Source: Gammaproteobacteria bacterium (GTDB lineage Bacteria > Pseudomonadota > Gammaproteobacteria > SZUA-229). Taken from it: a stretch of DNA of 49,679 nucleotides. A program made the position numbers and the translations under genes. The stretch spans positions 1 through 49,679 of the forward strand of contig JAVVEE010000006.1 of assembly GCA_032251315.1 (NCBI GenBank). Reading direction: 5' to 3'. The notes under the pieces were generated by a model. That model was given only the letters and a program-made list of their open reading frames with translations, was not told the origin of the DNA and did not search any database. Positions 1 through 9,688 of the stretch are shown here, in pieces (within the stretch, counting starts at the first letter, position 1; each line of letters opens with the position of its first letter).

Positions 1-691
1 GAAGCCAGAGGAGCACGGCCCGGTGGCCTACCTCTACGCCCGCGGCGGACGCTTCGAGGACTTCAAGGACCACTTCAAGGGCGAGAACCTCACCAGTGCC
101 TGGAAGCGCACCCTGTGCGTCTACAATGAGCAGGTCGGTGTCAGCATTGACACCCATAACGGCGAGTTTAATAGCGGCGTGCCCATCCACAGCATGCCGA
201 AGCTGGCCGACGGCAGCGCCATGCGTGAGGTATTCACCGAAGAGGAGTGGCCGCTGCTGGCGTTCTCGTTCAAGTCGAACCTCATGAACTCCTACGCCAT
301 CGGCCTCGAGCGACTGCGCATGATCAAGCCCTACAATCCGGTGATGATGCACCGCAAGGACGCCAAACGCTTCGGCATCTTCCACGGCGACATCATCCGC
401 ATCGAGAGCCCTGGCGGCAGCGTGATTGCCCTGGCGCTGGTCGGCGAGGGCGTGATGCAGGGTGCTTTGGGCATCGAGCACGGCTACGGCCACCGCGATT
501 TGGGGGCAACGCCCCACGTGATCGACGGCGAGTCCCAGCCCGATCTGGAGTGGCTACGCGCCGGCATCAATATCAACGACCTGGGCTTCAAGGACCCCAC
601 CCGCAGTGTAGACGGCACCTGGCTAGAGCCCATCAGTGGCGCCGCTGTGCGTCAGGGTTTACCGATCCGAGTTACCCGCATCGACGTCTGA
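1..691 (+). CDS. ttrA: Tetrathionate reductase subunit A-type molybdopterin oxidoreductase, C-terminal part (5' end outside window)
   Basis: Frame open from base 2 (KPEEHGPVAYLYARGGRF...). Molybdopterin dinucleotide-binding domain (HRKDAKRFGIFHGDIIRIESPGG...IEHGYGH) and TtrA-like end (GAAVRQGLP). Confidence 0.8.
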   Translation, partial: KPEEHGPVAYLYARGGRFEDFKDHFKGENLTSAWKRTLCVYNEQVGVSIDTHNGEFNSGVPIHSMPKLADGSAMREVFTEEEWPLLAFSFKSNLMNSYAIGLERLRMIKPYNPVMMHRKDAKRFGIFHGDIIRIESPGGSVIALALVGEGVMQGALGIEHGYGHRDLGATPHVIDGESQPDLEWLRAGININDLGFKDPTRSVDGTWLEPISGAAVRQGLPIRVTRIDV

Positions 692-722
692 TGTTGCGGT
701 TAGAGTAACTCATTACTTACTA

Positions 723-748
723 GCCCCCTGCCGGTTCCGGCAGGGGGC
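723..748 (+). terminator. GC-rich hairpin after ttrA, possible terminator
   Basis: gccccctgccgg-tt-ccggcagggggc perfect inverted repeat about 30 nt after the stop; no clear U-tract. Confidence 0.5.
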
Positions 749-1072
749 CTGCGTGTTAGGAGAAAGGATGTCTGCGTATATGACCATTTACCAGTTACGG
801 CGATAATTGGTGAGAAACACGCCTGAGATTTACGAAGCAATCGATAAAATGAAACACGTGCATAGCAGAGTATCCTGTCGGCTTAAGGGTGACCCTTTTA
901 ATATTTTCCGGCCCCATGGCTTCTTTTAATCAATAGATAACTCACTGTATTTTTTGATAAAAAATGAATTATGGGGGGCTTTTGCCTGAATTTAAGCTGA
1001 ACTTTCATATAGCCCCTTCGCCTAAATCCACGACGCTGCATAAGCGTCCATTAATATTATCGAGAGGTTATT

Positions 1073-1300
1073 TTGAAGACCAAACCATGAGTTGTTGCCA
1101 CACTCATCGGCTCAGTACTGTTTGGTAGTGCCGCCATGGCCGCAGGCCGTAACGCAAGTACTTATACCAGCAGCACCGAGCTAAGTGCCGCCGAGATCAG
1201 CTGCCTGCAATTTATGCGTGAAGAGGAGAAGCTGGCACGTGATGTCTACCTGACACTGGAAGCGAGTTGCTCAGTTCAGCGGGCGCTCATAGTGCCATGA
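1073..1300 (+). pseudogene. DUF2202 (ferritin-like) exported protein remnant
   Basis: GAGAGG RBS, TTG start, in-frame TGA at 1088-1090, signal-peptide-like stretch, then LSAAEISCLQFMREEEKLARDVYLTL (DUF2202 N-terminal signature); similarity lost after about 1260. Confidence 0.7.
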
Positions 1301-1366
1301 TTAGTTGTTTTGTTCGGCCTGTTGACAGCGAACGACTTATGGATGACTCCTTTAACGTGAATATAA

Positions 1367-1405
1367 GCCCCTCTCCATCAGGGACGGAGAGGGGCGAAGT
1401 GAGGG
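1367..1405. repeat. BoxC-like CCCCTCTCC...GGAGAGGG...GTGAGGG palindromic repeat, copy 1
   Basis: gcccctctcc-atcagggac-ggagaggggc-gaagtgaggg; related copy at 44293-44331. Confidence 0.55.
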
Positions 1406-1666
1406 TGGTTTAAGCAGTAAATCATTAGCTAGCCATTTGGCAAAATGGCCGTAAACAAAAAAATATATTTCTTGAAAGAAATCGAATGAAGTTAAAACGA
1501 TTTTCATTTCAAGCTAGTGTATGAAAAGGTGAAGTACTACGATTATTGAAATTTGGTGCGCTTTGAAGTTGAATTCACCTAACTATTACCAGTAAAAATC
1601 TTTGGCTCATTTAGTTTTTGTAATGTTTAGTATATTAGAAAGTATTGTGATCTGACCCCGGTTTTT

Positions 1667-1869
1667 AATCTCGGGCGCGCTATGCGTCACATCAACGGTC
1701 AGTATACGCAACGATACAACCGGCTCAGGAATGCAGATGTCCCGCTTTTTCATGTCGCTACAAGGCTATACTGGTCAAAGCGGACAGCTACCAGTTGCAG
1801 GTTTTATGTTAAATCCATAGAAAACTGGCACGAGTACTGAAAGCAATAAGGAGTGATTATGAAGCTTGA
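1667..1869 (+). pseudogene. REP-associated tyrosine (Y1/HUH, IS200-superfamily) transposase fragment, frameshifted and internally deleted
   Basis: Translates across a frameshift as NLGRAMRHINGQYTQRYNRLRNADVPLFH/RYKAILVKADSYQLQVLC*IHR, then KLARVLKAIRSDYEA*. Bounded by TCTGACCCCGGTTTTT (1651-1666) and TTGACCCTTT (1866-1875). Confidence 0.75.
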
Positions 1870-2081
1870 CCCTTTCTCTACCTGTTGCCGTTATGTTCAC
1901 TGACGTGTTGAGAGGATTCGAAATCGCGGTCTTTGTAACACCACGAAAGTAGTATGTGCTTTTCCAGTTTATGATCGACGACTTCGTCGGTGATTCTTAT
2001 GGCGACCTGATAATCGGCCGGTGAAGATTCGGGATGAAGGGAAACGGTTTCGACGCTGGATGAATCGGGATCGTCCAGGTT

Positions 2082-2543
2082 TCAGAAGGGGGCGGTGTCG
2101 GTTGTTTCTGGAATGGCGTAGGCGGCTTCGAAATGCACGCTGGATTTTCTGTCGATGTGGGCGGGGATGTTGGTGGAGACCGGGCAATGACCCATGCGGT
2201 CGATGATGTAGGCGATGTCATCGTCAGTGGGTCGGCCGGATTTTAGTTTGACGTTGAAATCGATCGCTACGTGTTTTATCGCCCAGAGTTCATCGGCGGT
2301 TAATTTAAGTTCGCCGGTGGCTGATTCGAGGATGAGGTTACGTTCGGCGCTGTTGGTGCGCATGTACAGGTGCTGGCAGGCGAACAGGCCGTATACCAGT
2401 AGCAGGAAGCCGGGGGATTTTACGCTGAGGTGTAGCGGCTTCCATTCACCGCCCAGGTGTATCTCTACGGCCAGATCGGTAAAGTTGTTGTCTTTGCTTT
2501 CGTAGTTGCAGTTGAGGCGCAGGTGGAAGTGGCGATCGGTCAT
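2082..2543 (-). CDS. OsmC/Ohr-like family protein
   Basis: SPGFLLLVYGLFACQ and HCPVS two-cysteine pattern; ATG at 2543 just downstream of the efpL stop. Confidence 0.6.
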   Translation of the reverse strand: MTDRHFHLRLNCNYESKDNNFTDLAVEIHLGGEWKPLHLSVKSPGFLLLVYGLFACQHLYMRTNSAERNLILESATGELKLTADELWAIKHVAIDFNVKLKSGRPTDDDIAYIIDRMGHCPVSTNIPAHIDRKSSVHFEAAYAIPETTDTAPF

Positions 2544-2547
2544 GGTT

Positions 2548-3111
2548 TCAGGCCCTGGACATAAATTCGCGGGTTTCAGTATTAACTTTGATGGTTTCAC
2601 CCACCGCCAGATATTCGGGCACCTGCACTACCAGGCCGGTGACGAGGGTGGCGGGTTTGGTGCGCGCGGATGAGGAGGCGGCTTTCATGCTGGGGGCACA
2701 TTCGGTGATTTCGAGTATGACGGTGGAGGGCAGTTCGATACCGAGTATCTGTCCATCGGAGATTAGCGCTTTGACCCCTTCGAGTCCTTCCGATAAAAAC
2801 GGCAGCTCCTCTTCCAGGCTGTCGTCGCTGAGTACATATTGCTCGTAACTTTCGGTGTCCATGAAGGTGCAGCCTTCGCCGTCGCGAAACAGCAGCTGGA
2901 TGGCGCGTCGATTCATTTCGATGTTTTCAATCACATCGTCGCCCTTGAAGCTGCGTTCGAACTTCTGCTGGCTGCCTATTTCGTGGCCGCTCACTTTATA
3001 AAGAGTACTGCCGCTGCGCGAGGAGGGAGACTGCACGAAAACTTTCTTGACGACGATGTTCTTGCCGTCGATTTTAAACACGGTACTTCGTTTTATTTCA
3101 TTGGCTTTCAT
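2548..3111 (-). CDS. efpL: Elongation factor P-like protein (YeiP/EfpL)
   Basis: EF-P fold (FMDTESYEQ, TKPATLVTGLVVQVPEYL, KVNTETREFMSRA) with an Arg-tipped loop SPSSRSGSTLYK instead of the EF-P PGKG loop. Confidence 0.85.
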   Translation of the reverse strand: MKANEIKRSTVFKIDGKNIVVKKVFVQSPSSRSGSTLYKVSGHEIGSQQKFERSFKGDDVIENIEMNRRAIQLLFRDGEGCTFMDTESYEQYVLSDDSLEEELPFLSEGLEGVKALISDGQILGIELPSTVILEITECAPSMKAASSSARTKPATLVTGLVVQVPEYLAVGETIKVNTETREFMSRA

Positions 3112-3269
3112 GATAACCACATCTAATTAAAATAAATAACAGGAATTTCAGGTGAGCAATTATCGCATTTTTAGGCGGTGGCTGCGCTGTGAGCAGTGAG
3201 TTTTTGAGATGTGACGCTTGCCCGAGTGCGGCCATGGGCAGCTGGATTTAACGTGTTTTATGCAGTTGA

Positions 3270-4991
3270 TTATTTGCGCTGAAAAAGCTTCCTGAGGGCT
3301 TTGAGTGAGCGGGTGTTGATGATGTCATCGGCTTCCAGCCAGCCGCGGCGTGCCTGATTGATGCCGAAGCGCATGAAATCCAGGTCAGAGGTATTGTGGG
3401 CATCGGTCGAGATGGCAAGCTTAAGGCCCATCTCTTTGGCCATTTTGCAGCCATCGTCCGTCAGATCCAGGCGGTCGGGGCTGGCGTTGAGTTCGAGGAA
3501 GCAGCTGTTATCCAGCGCCGCCTGCATGATTTTTTCGAGGTCGATGGCGTAGGCTTCGCGCTCATTAATCAGGCGGCCACTGGGATGGCCGAGAATATTG
3601 AAGTAGGGATTGTTCATGGCTTTGATGATGCGGTCGGTCTGTTGTTTGCTTGTCAGGTTGAATTTGTAATGCACCGAGCAGACGGTTAAATCGAGTTGCT
3701 TGAGGACATCGTCGGGCAGGTCCAGCGAGCCGTCTTCGAGGATGTCAACTTCGGTGGCCTTGAGTATCACGATGTCATTGAGTGAATCATTGAGTTTGTC
3801 GATGGCCCTGATCTGTTCGAGCAGGCGTTTTTTGTTGAGGCCGTTGGCGACGGTAACGTGCTGACTGTGGTCGTTGATGGAGATGTATTCATAACCGCGC
3901 TCGATGGCGGCCTGGGCCATCTGTTCCAGACTGTGGTGGCCGTCGCTGGCGTGCGTGTGGCAATGCAGGTCGCCGCGTATATCATCGAGTTTCATTAACT
4001 GAGGCAGCCGGTCTTTTTGGGCGGCATCGATTTCGCCGCGATCTTCGCGCAGTTCGGGTTCGATATAGGGCAGATTAACCTGGGCATAAACCTCCTCTTC
4101 GGTCTTGCCGGCAACGCGCTGGTCATTCTTGAAAACACCGTACTCATTGATCTTGAGTTTTTTCTTCATTCCCATTTTGCGCACAGCGATGTTGTGTGCT
4201 TTGGAGCCGGTAAAATAATGCAGTGCGGCGCCATAGCTCACCTGTGGCACAACCCTCAGGTCGACGTGCATGCCGGAGCGCAGTCGCACCGTAGAACGGG
4301 TTTTGCCCTGCGAGATGATTTCGACCACCTCATCGTATTTGGTAAATCGTGACATCACTGCCGAGCCCTTGCCGGTGGTGGCGAGGATGTCCAGATCGCC
4401 CACCGTTTCCTTGCGCCGACGATAACTACCGGCCACGATGATCTTTTTGATAGCTTTGCTTTTCTTCAGATACTCGACCAGCGGCTTGACGATGTCTTCC
4501 GCTTCGATCAGTTTGGTGCGCGGCGCCTCACCACTGAAGCGTTCCAACCGCTCTCCGATCATCTGTTCGGTCTTTTTGCCAAAACCTTCGAGTTCCCGAA
4601 TTTTGCCGCTTTTCACCGCACGCCTGAGATCATCAAGACTTTCAATCTTGAGTTTCCGGTACAGCGCCTTGACCCGCTTCGGCCCCAGTCCATCGATTTT
4701 CATCAGGTCGCTGAGTGCCGCCGGGGTGCGTGACTGGACTTCTTCGAGCAGCGGTAGTTTGCCGGTCTCGACGATGGTTTTTATCTTTCCGGCAAGGTCT
4801 TTGCCGATGCCGGGTAATTGGGAAAGATCCTCTTTCTGTTCGATCAGCTCGGCCATGCTGCGAGGGTGGCTACGCACCGCGCGCGCAGCATTGCGGTAGG
4901 CGCGTATCCGGAAAGCGTTAGCATCCTCGATCTCCAGCAGGTCGGCCAGCTTTTCAAAAAGAACGCTGATTTCGGCATTATGAATCGGCAT
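3270..4991 (-). CDS. polX: DNA polymerase X with C-terminal PHP domain
   Basis: FRIRAYRNAA, HhH motifs, AGSYRR..VGDLDIL, VDLRV, YFTGSKAHN; PHP motifs DLHCHT, HPSGR, STDAH. Confidence 0.95.
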   Translation of the reverse strand: MPIHNAEISVLFEKLADLLEIEDANAFRIRAYRNAARAVRSHPRSMAELIEQKEDLSQLPGIGKDLAGKIKTIVETGKLPLLEEVQSRTPAALSDLMKIDGLGPKRVKALYRKLKIESLDDLRRAVKSGKIRELEGFGKKTEQMIGERLERFSGEAPRTKLIEAEDIVKPLVEYLKKSKAIKKIIVAGSYRRRKETVGDLDILATTGKGSAVMSRFTKYDEVVEIISQGKTRSTVRLRSGMHVDLRVVPQVSYGAALHYFTGSKAHNIAVRKMGMKKKLKINEYGVFKNDQRVAGKTEEEVYAQVNLPYIEPELREDRGEIDAAQKDRLPQLMKLDDIRGDLHCHTHASDGHHSLEQMAQAAIERGYEYISINDHSQHVTVANGLNKKRLLEQIRAIDKLNDSLNDIVILKATEVDILEDGSLDLPDDVLKQLDLTVCSVHYKFNLTSKQQTDRIIKAMNNPYFNILGHPSGRLINEREAYAIDLEKIMQAALDNSCFLELNASPDRLDLTDDGCKMAKEMGLKLAISTDAHNTSDLDFMRFGINQARRGWLEADDIINTRSLKALRKLFQRK

Positions 4992-5142
4992 GATGGCTTA
5001 CGTTCTGCGTTAGGCCGGCGAATTGTACGGCCAGCCGGTATGGCGTGGAGTGAGAGCAGCGCTTCGATTAGTCATCAGGAGCGGCACGATTTTAAGTTGA
5101 ACGGTTTTTTTCTCTGCGCCTCTGCGGCAAATGTTTTTTACC

Positions 5143-5694
5143 TCAAAACTCTTCCACGGTGTAGCGCTTAATCCGGATGCTGTCGCTCCAGTAATCGGGA
5201 GAGAGGCCGGTTTTCAGTTTCAAATGGTGCAGAAACTCACGCCGATCCTGTAGCGATTCCCACACCGAAGGCAGAAAAGTACCCCGGTGATTGCCCTCTT
5301 CCATAATCAGGCCGTCCAGCCCGGGACGTAGCTGTGTGATCAGATCCTCTTCTGAAGTAAAGGTCATTTCTTCGGGGGTACCGAGGATGGAGATATGAAT
5401 CTGCAACTGATACAGTTCATCTTGCTGTAGTGGCGGGAAACGCGGGTCGGAAAAGGCGGCCATGAACGCGTTCTGAGCCACGTCTTCGGCCAGGGGGCGC
5501 ACCGGCTCAAGCATGCCGATGCAGCCGCGCAGCTGACCGTGTTTGTACAGCGTGACGAAGGTGGCGCGTTTGGCATGTAGTTCCTCATCCAGCTGTTTGA
5601 AATCAACCACCAGCGCAGCGCCGTGGGTGAGGCCGTACTGAATTGAATCATGGGCAATGTCATGGAGCTGTTGTTGCTGTTGCGGGGTAAACAT
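5143..5694 (-). CDS. amrA: AmmeMemoRadiSam system protein A (AMMECR1 domain)
   Basis: ATFVTL...LRGCIG, DPRFPPL, GTFLPSVW. Confidence 0.93.
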   Translation of the reverse strand: MFTPQQQQQLHDIAHDSIQYGLTHGAALVVDFKQLDEELHAKRATFVTLYKHGQLRGCIGMLEPVRPLAEDVAQNAFMAAFSDPRFPPLQQDELYQLQIHISILGTPEEMTFTSEEDLITQLRPGLDGLIMEEGNHRGTFLPSVWESLQDRREFLHHLKLKTGLSPDYWSDSIRIKRYTVEEF

Positions 5695-5697
5695 GGG

Positions 5698-6495
5698 CTA
5701 CTCTTCCGGTTGTACGAATGCCCAGGCGCCATAGCCGACCACCTGTCCTCGCCCGCCGGCGGTGTCACCGGAGTTGCGCAGGTCGAGGGTGGAGACTTTG
5801 AGGTGATGTTTGCGCGCCGATAGCAGTAATCCCAGCACGGGATTTCGACCACAGGCCTGTCCATGCTGAATGTGTTTGTCATCAAGATTTTCAATGGCCT
5901 GGCAGGTTGCTGCGTCCAGTGATTGCGCCGTGCGGTAGTCGTGGTAGTGACTGAGATCTGAGGAGACGACGATCAGGGTTTCATCGCCACCCCAGACCGC
6001 TTCCAGTACCTCATGGACTTCCTCGCCACTGGCATCGCCCACCACCAGTGGCAGCAAAGTGAATTCATCGAGCGTCTGCTGCAGGAACGGCAGTTGCACT
6101 TCCAGGCTGTGTTCCTGTGCGTGGGCCAGGTCGTATTCCTGAACCTGGGGAAATTGTAAAATTTTGTCACTGAGCCGACGATCTATGGGAATAGAGCCCA
6201 ATGGCGTCTCGAAAAAATCGGCGCTGCTAGTGGCGAGGCCCGATAAAGGCACATGATGACACGGGCCCAGCAGAGTTACGCAGCGGATTTTGTCTTTGGC
6301 CGGTATCAGTTGCGCGTAGGCGTTGGCGGCAACCGGGCCGGAGTAAACGTAACCGGCGTGAGGCACGATAATCGCCTTGGGCACCGCTGTGGTGGCACTG
6401 GCGGCGGCAAGCATGGACTGGATTTCGGCCTGGAGTCGCGCCGGGTCGCCGGGATAAAACATGTCTGCAACTGCGGGGTGTCGAATGCTGGGCAT
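5698..6495 (-). CDS. amrB: AmmeMemoRadiSam system protein B (MEMO1 family)
   Basis: RHPAVADMFYP, PHAGYVYSG, EHSLEVQLPFLQ, SSDLSHY, NSGD...VVGY; ATG at 6495 preferred. Confidence 0.93.
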   Translation of the reverse strand: MPSIRHPAVADMFYPGDPARLQAEIQSMLAAASATTAVPKAIIVPHAGYVYSGPVAANAYAQLIPAKDKIRCVTLLGPCHHVPLSGLATSSADFFETPLGSIPIDRRLSDKILQFPQVQEYDLAHAQEHSLEVQLPFLQQTLDEFTLLPLVVGDASGEEVHEVLEAVWGGDETLIVVSSDLSHYHDYRTAQSLDAATCQAIENLDDKHIQHGQACGRNPVLGLLLSARKHHLKVSTLDLRNSGDTAGGRGQVVGYGAWAFVQPEE

Positions 6496-6686
6496 ACCAA
6501 AGCTCCTTATAAAGAAATTACCGGCAATGCAGCGAACAGATATGCCTGCCATAGGCTGCGCATTTATAAATGGATCACGTCGTTGCTCATCATTATGCGA
6601 CCGATGCTCTTTAAAAGTATAGTCTCAGGCCCCATGGTTAAGAGGCAGGGCATTTGAAATGTCGATTCAACGATGGCGGCTCAGAA

Positions 6687-7805
6687 ATGGCGACAGCAAA
6701 AGAAAAGATATTAATGACGGACGAGGGGGTGGTGCCAACCAAATACTGGCACGAACTGAATGATGGTCGGGTGCAGTGTGATTTATGTCCGCGCCTGTGC
6801 AAGTTGCACGAGGGACAGCGTGGTTTGTGTTTTGTTCGCGCCCGCATCGATAATCAGATCGTGCTTACCAGCTATGGGCGCTCCAGCGGTTACTGTATCG
6901 ATCCCATCGAAAAAAAGCCGCTCAACCACTTTTTGCCGGGAACGCCGGTGCTGTCGTTCGGCACCGCCGGCTGCAACCTGGCCTGCAAGTATTGCCAGAA
7001 CTGGGACATCAGCAAATCGCGCGAACTGGATACGCTGATGGACCGCGCCAGTCCCGAGGCCATTGCGCAGGCGGCGGAAGAGCTGGGCTGTCGGAGCGTG
7101 GCCTATACCTATAACGACCCGGTGATCTTTCATGAGTACGCCATCGATGTCGCCAAAGCCTGTCACCAGCGCGGCATTAAATCGGTGGCGGTGACGGCCG
7201 GTTATGTCTGCGATGAGCCGCGCGCCGAATTTTATCAGCACATGGATGCGGCGAATGTTGACCTGAAAGGCTTCACTGAAGAGTTCTACTGGAAAGTCAC
7301 GGGCGGCCATTTGCAGCCGGTGCTGGATACCATCGAATACATTCATAATGAAACCGATGTCTGGATGGAGCTGACCACGCTGGTCATACCCGGTTATAAC
7401 GACAGCGAAAAAGAGCTCGACGAAATGACCCGGTGGGTGGTGGAGAAAGTGGGACCGGACGTGCCCATGCACTTCACCGCGTTTCATCCCGATTATAAAA
7501 TGATGGATGTGTCGTCCACGCCCTTGGCAACGCTGAAGCGGGCGCGTGAAATCGCCATGAAAAACGGCGTGCGATATGCCTATACCGGCAATGTGCATGA
7601 CAGTGAGGGCGAGAGCACCTACTGCCACTCCTGCGGCACGCGTGTAATAGAGCGCGACTGGTATGAGCTGGGCGAATGGAATCTGGATGCTGACGGCTGC
7701 TGCACGAAATGCGGCAGCCGTTGCGCCGGGGTTTTCGAGTCGGGCCATGGCTACTGGGGCTCAAAACGCCAGCCGGTACGGCTTTCAGATTACGTTACCG
7801 TTTAG
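6687..7805 (+). CDS. amrS: AmmeMemoRadiSam system radical SAM enzyme
   Basis: CDLCPRLC, DPIEKKPLNHF, CNLACKYCQNWDIS (CxxxCxxC), YTYNDP; divergent from amrB-amrA. Confidence 0.95.
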   Translation: MATAKEKILMTDEGVVPTKYWHELNDGRVQCDLCPRLCKLHEGQRGLCFVRARIDNQIVLTSYGRSSGYCIDPIEKKPLNHFLPGTPVLSFGTAGCNLACKYCQNWDISKSRELDTLMDRASPEAIAQAAEELGCRSVAYTYNDPVIFHEYAIDVAKACHQRGIKSVAVTAGYVCDEPRAEFYQHMDAANVDLKGFTEEFYWKVTGGHLQPVLDTIEYIHNETDVWMELTTLVIPGYNDSEKELDEMTRWVVEKVGPDVPMHFTAFHPDYKMMDVSSTPLATLKRAREIAMKNGVRYAYTGNVHDSEGESTYCHSCGTRVIERDWYELGEWNLDADGCCTKCGSRCAGVFESGHGYWGSKRQPVRLSDYVTV

Positions 7806-8026
7806 CCTGCCCGCTTAGGGGGGCATGGGGCGATAAATTTTATCTGAATTTGTTATCATTGAGTATGCAAGGGCGGGGTTTAGTCATCAGGAGATTACAA
7901 TGGCTGAGTCAGAGTCAGGTAGAGTTGAAAGCGACAAAGCCGCTGCAAAATCCCGGACGGATCCACTTTGTGAGAGCGCGGCAGCACGGTTTTTATCGAC
8001 CTGTCGATGAGCGGTTATTCCCTTAT

Positions 8027-8273
8027 TTACTTTCTATCCCGGCAGCGTTCGAAGGTGTCGCCATTATCAACGGCGGCGTTTTGCACGGTAGCCTCGTCGG
8101 GGAACAGCTCCTTGAGGTCGGCCATGCCCGGCGTCGTACCTTTTTCATCATAGCGCTGCCAAATTTTATCCTGGCGATCATCGTTATAATAAAAACCTGT
8201 GGGCAGCAGGCAGACAGTTTTTTTGATTGAAGTTGGTGATTATTTTGGGCTCTGTAAGTTTTCCGGATGACAT
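8027..8273 (-). pseudogene. Small hypothetical protein gene with a single-base frameshift in an A7 tract
   Basis: AAGGG RBS + ATG at 8273 (MSSGKLTEPKIITNFNQK). Removing one A of the run at 8218-8224 continues into TVCLLPTGFYYNDDRQDKIWQRYDEKG...CRDRK*; span 247 nt = 3n+1. Confidence 0.55.
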
Positions 8274-8341
8274 GTGTATACCTTCAGGTTAGTGCTCAGT
8301 GATAATGCCCGTTGCCGCACCGAGAGATTATAGAGAGAACC

Positions 8342-8728
8342 ATGCCGCATTCAGCAGTGACATTATTAGCAATTATAGAATTGGGCGGTTATCCGGATTT
8401 TGCCGGCTTATATAAGCAACAGGGCTATAAGGTGGTGACCACCGACAGCGTGCGCAAGGCGGTGAAGCTGATTCGCCGGCACCAGCCTGCCGTGATTGTC
8501 TCGGAATTTAATTTCCAGTCCGATTTCCGTGACCGTACCAGCAGTCTGGAGACGGTGCTATCGTGCGCGCAGGGCGTGGCGGATGCAAAGATGATTGTAT
8601 TTTATGAGCAGGAGACCCGGCAGCAGTACGCGCGCTTTCTGGAAAGGTTCGAAGTCTACGCTTCGCTGCCTTTCCCCATTGATGAACAGGAGCTACAGCG
8701 TGTGCTGGTGCAGGCGCTGGTAGAATAA
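8342..8728 (+). CDS. Receiver(CheY)-like conserved hypothetical protein
   Basis: Receiver-like topology (LLAIIELGG, PAVIVSEF, LPFPIDEQEL) with Glu at the usual phospho-Asp position. Confidence 0.6.
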   Translation: MPHSAVTLLAIIELGGYPDFAGLYKQQGYKVVTTDSVRKAVKLIRRHQPAVIVSEFNFQSDFRDRTSSLETVLSCAQGVADAKMIVFYEQETRQQYARFLERFEVYASLPFPIDEQELQRVLVQALVE

Positions 8729-8847
8729 GTACTTATGTAACCCGGATTCAACTGAATCGGATTTAATTTAACCTGCCGTTTTCTACTTGTATTTGTAAGT
8801 GAATATCAAGTAAAAAGCAGGCCTTGAGAATATGACAGGCGGTAACT

Positions 8848-9546
8848 ATGACTAGCAACAAGACCATTAACGAACTAATTGAAAGTACCGATTCGGAAGA
8901 CTCTGTCGAGTATCTGAAAAGTTATCTTAAGATGAAAGAACAGGCCATGGCCGACCTGCCGGAGGATGCCACCGAGCTGGAGAAGGCGAATCTGAAACTG
9001 GATATGGCTGAGGCGCTGGTCGGCGTCGGTCGGGCGGAAGAGGCCTGGCAGGTCGCACGCGAGGCATTTTCGGTGTTCCTGGAAAACGAGCACTGGGAAG
9101 AAGCAGTGAAGTGCTGTGATGTGCTCTATCAGAGTGGTCAGCCTGCCTCACTGGTTGCGCTGGGTCAGGGCGTCTGGCTGGCGGTCACCTATCCCATCGA
9201 CCCGCAGTTGACCGTCAACATGCTGGGGTATGTGATTGATGAAACCCCTGAAAAGGCCGATGGCGCGGCGATTGCGGCCATTGTGGCGCATTATGTGGCG
9301 GATATACGCGCCGAAGGCAAGGCGCGGGAGAGCATGACCTTTCTGACCAACCAGATGCTGGCCAATGTCGCGCGCGGCCATTCCGGCATTGAAGATCAGG
9401 CCGCAATGGATGCCTGGATGGAAAGATTGCAGCTGCTCGACCCGGCCGTATTCCTGCCCCGGCTGTCGCTGGTGCTGGGCGCCATTGTGCCGCATGACCA
9501 GTGGTGGTTTGACCGTGAAGCATTGCGCGAAAAAATCGCTGAATAA
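8848..9546 (+). CDS. Conserved hypothetical all-helical (TPR-like) protein
   Basis: Long ORF with host-like codon use and helical-repeat pattern (LDMAEALVGVGRAEEAWQVAREAF). Confidence 0.7.
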   Translation: MTSNKTINELIESTDSEDSVEYLKSYLKMKEQAMADLPEDATELEKANLKLDMAEALVGVGRAEEAWQVAREAFSVFLENEHWEEAVKCCDVLYQSGQPASLVALGQGVWLAVTYPIDPQLTVNMLGYVIDETPEKADGAAIAAIVAHYVADIRAEGKARESMTFLTNQMLANVARGHSGIEDQAAMDAWMERLQLLDPAVFLPRLSLVLGAIVPHDQWWFDREALREKIAE

Positions 9547-9688
9547 ATAAGAAGCAGCCCGTCCGCAAATAACGCGAAGCACGCAAAAAATCTTTTTTAA
9601 CATTACGTGCTCGTGTACATTTTTTTGAGACGTGCTTACGGTTTGAATGCCCGCCGTGGTTTAAGGCGGATTATTGATTGAGCCGCCG

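Noticed and set aside
750-1070. Possible short gene or IS end after the ttrA hairpin (AGGAGAAAGG-ATG at about 768; agagtatcctgtcggcttaag at about 868)
   Set aside because: The ORF stops after 12 codons and I cannot assign the putative end sequence to a family.
8218-8224. Programmed -1 frameshift at A_AAA_AAC in the small broken gene
   Set aside because: A -1 shift leads to the non-protein-like frame; the plausible protein needs +1.
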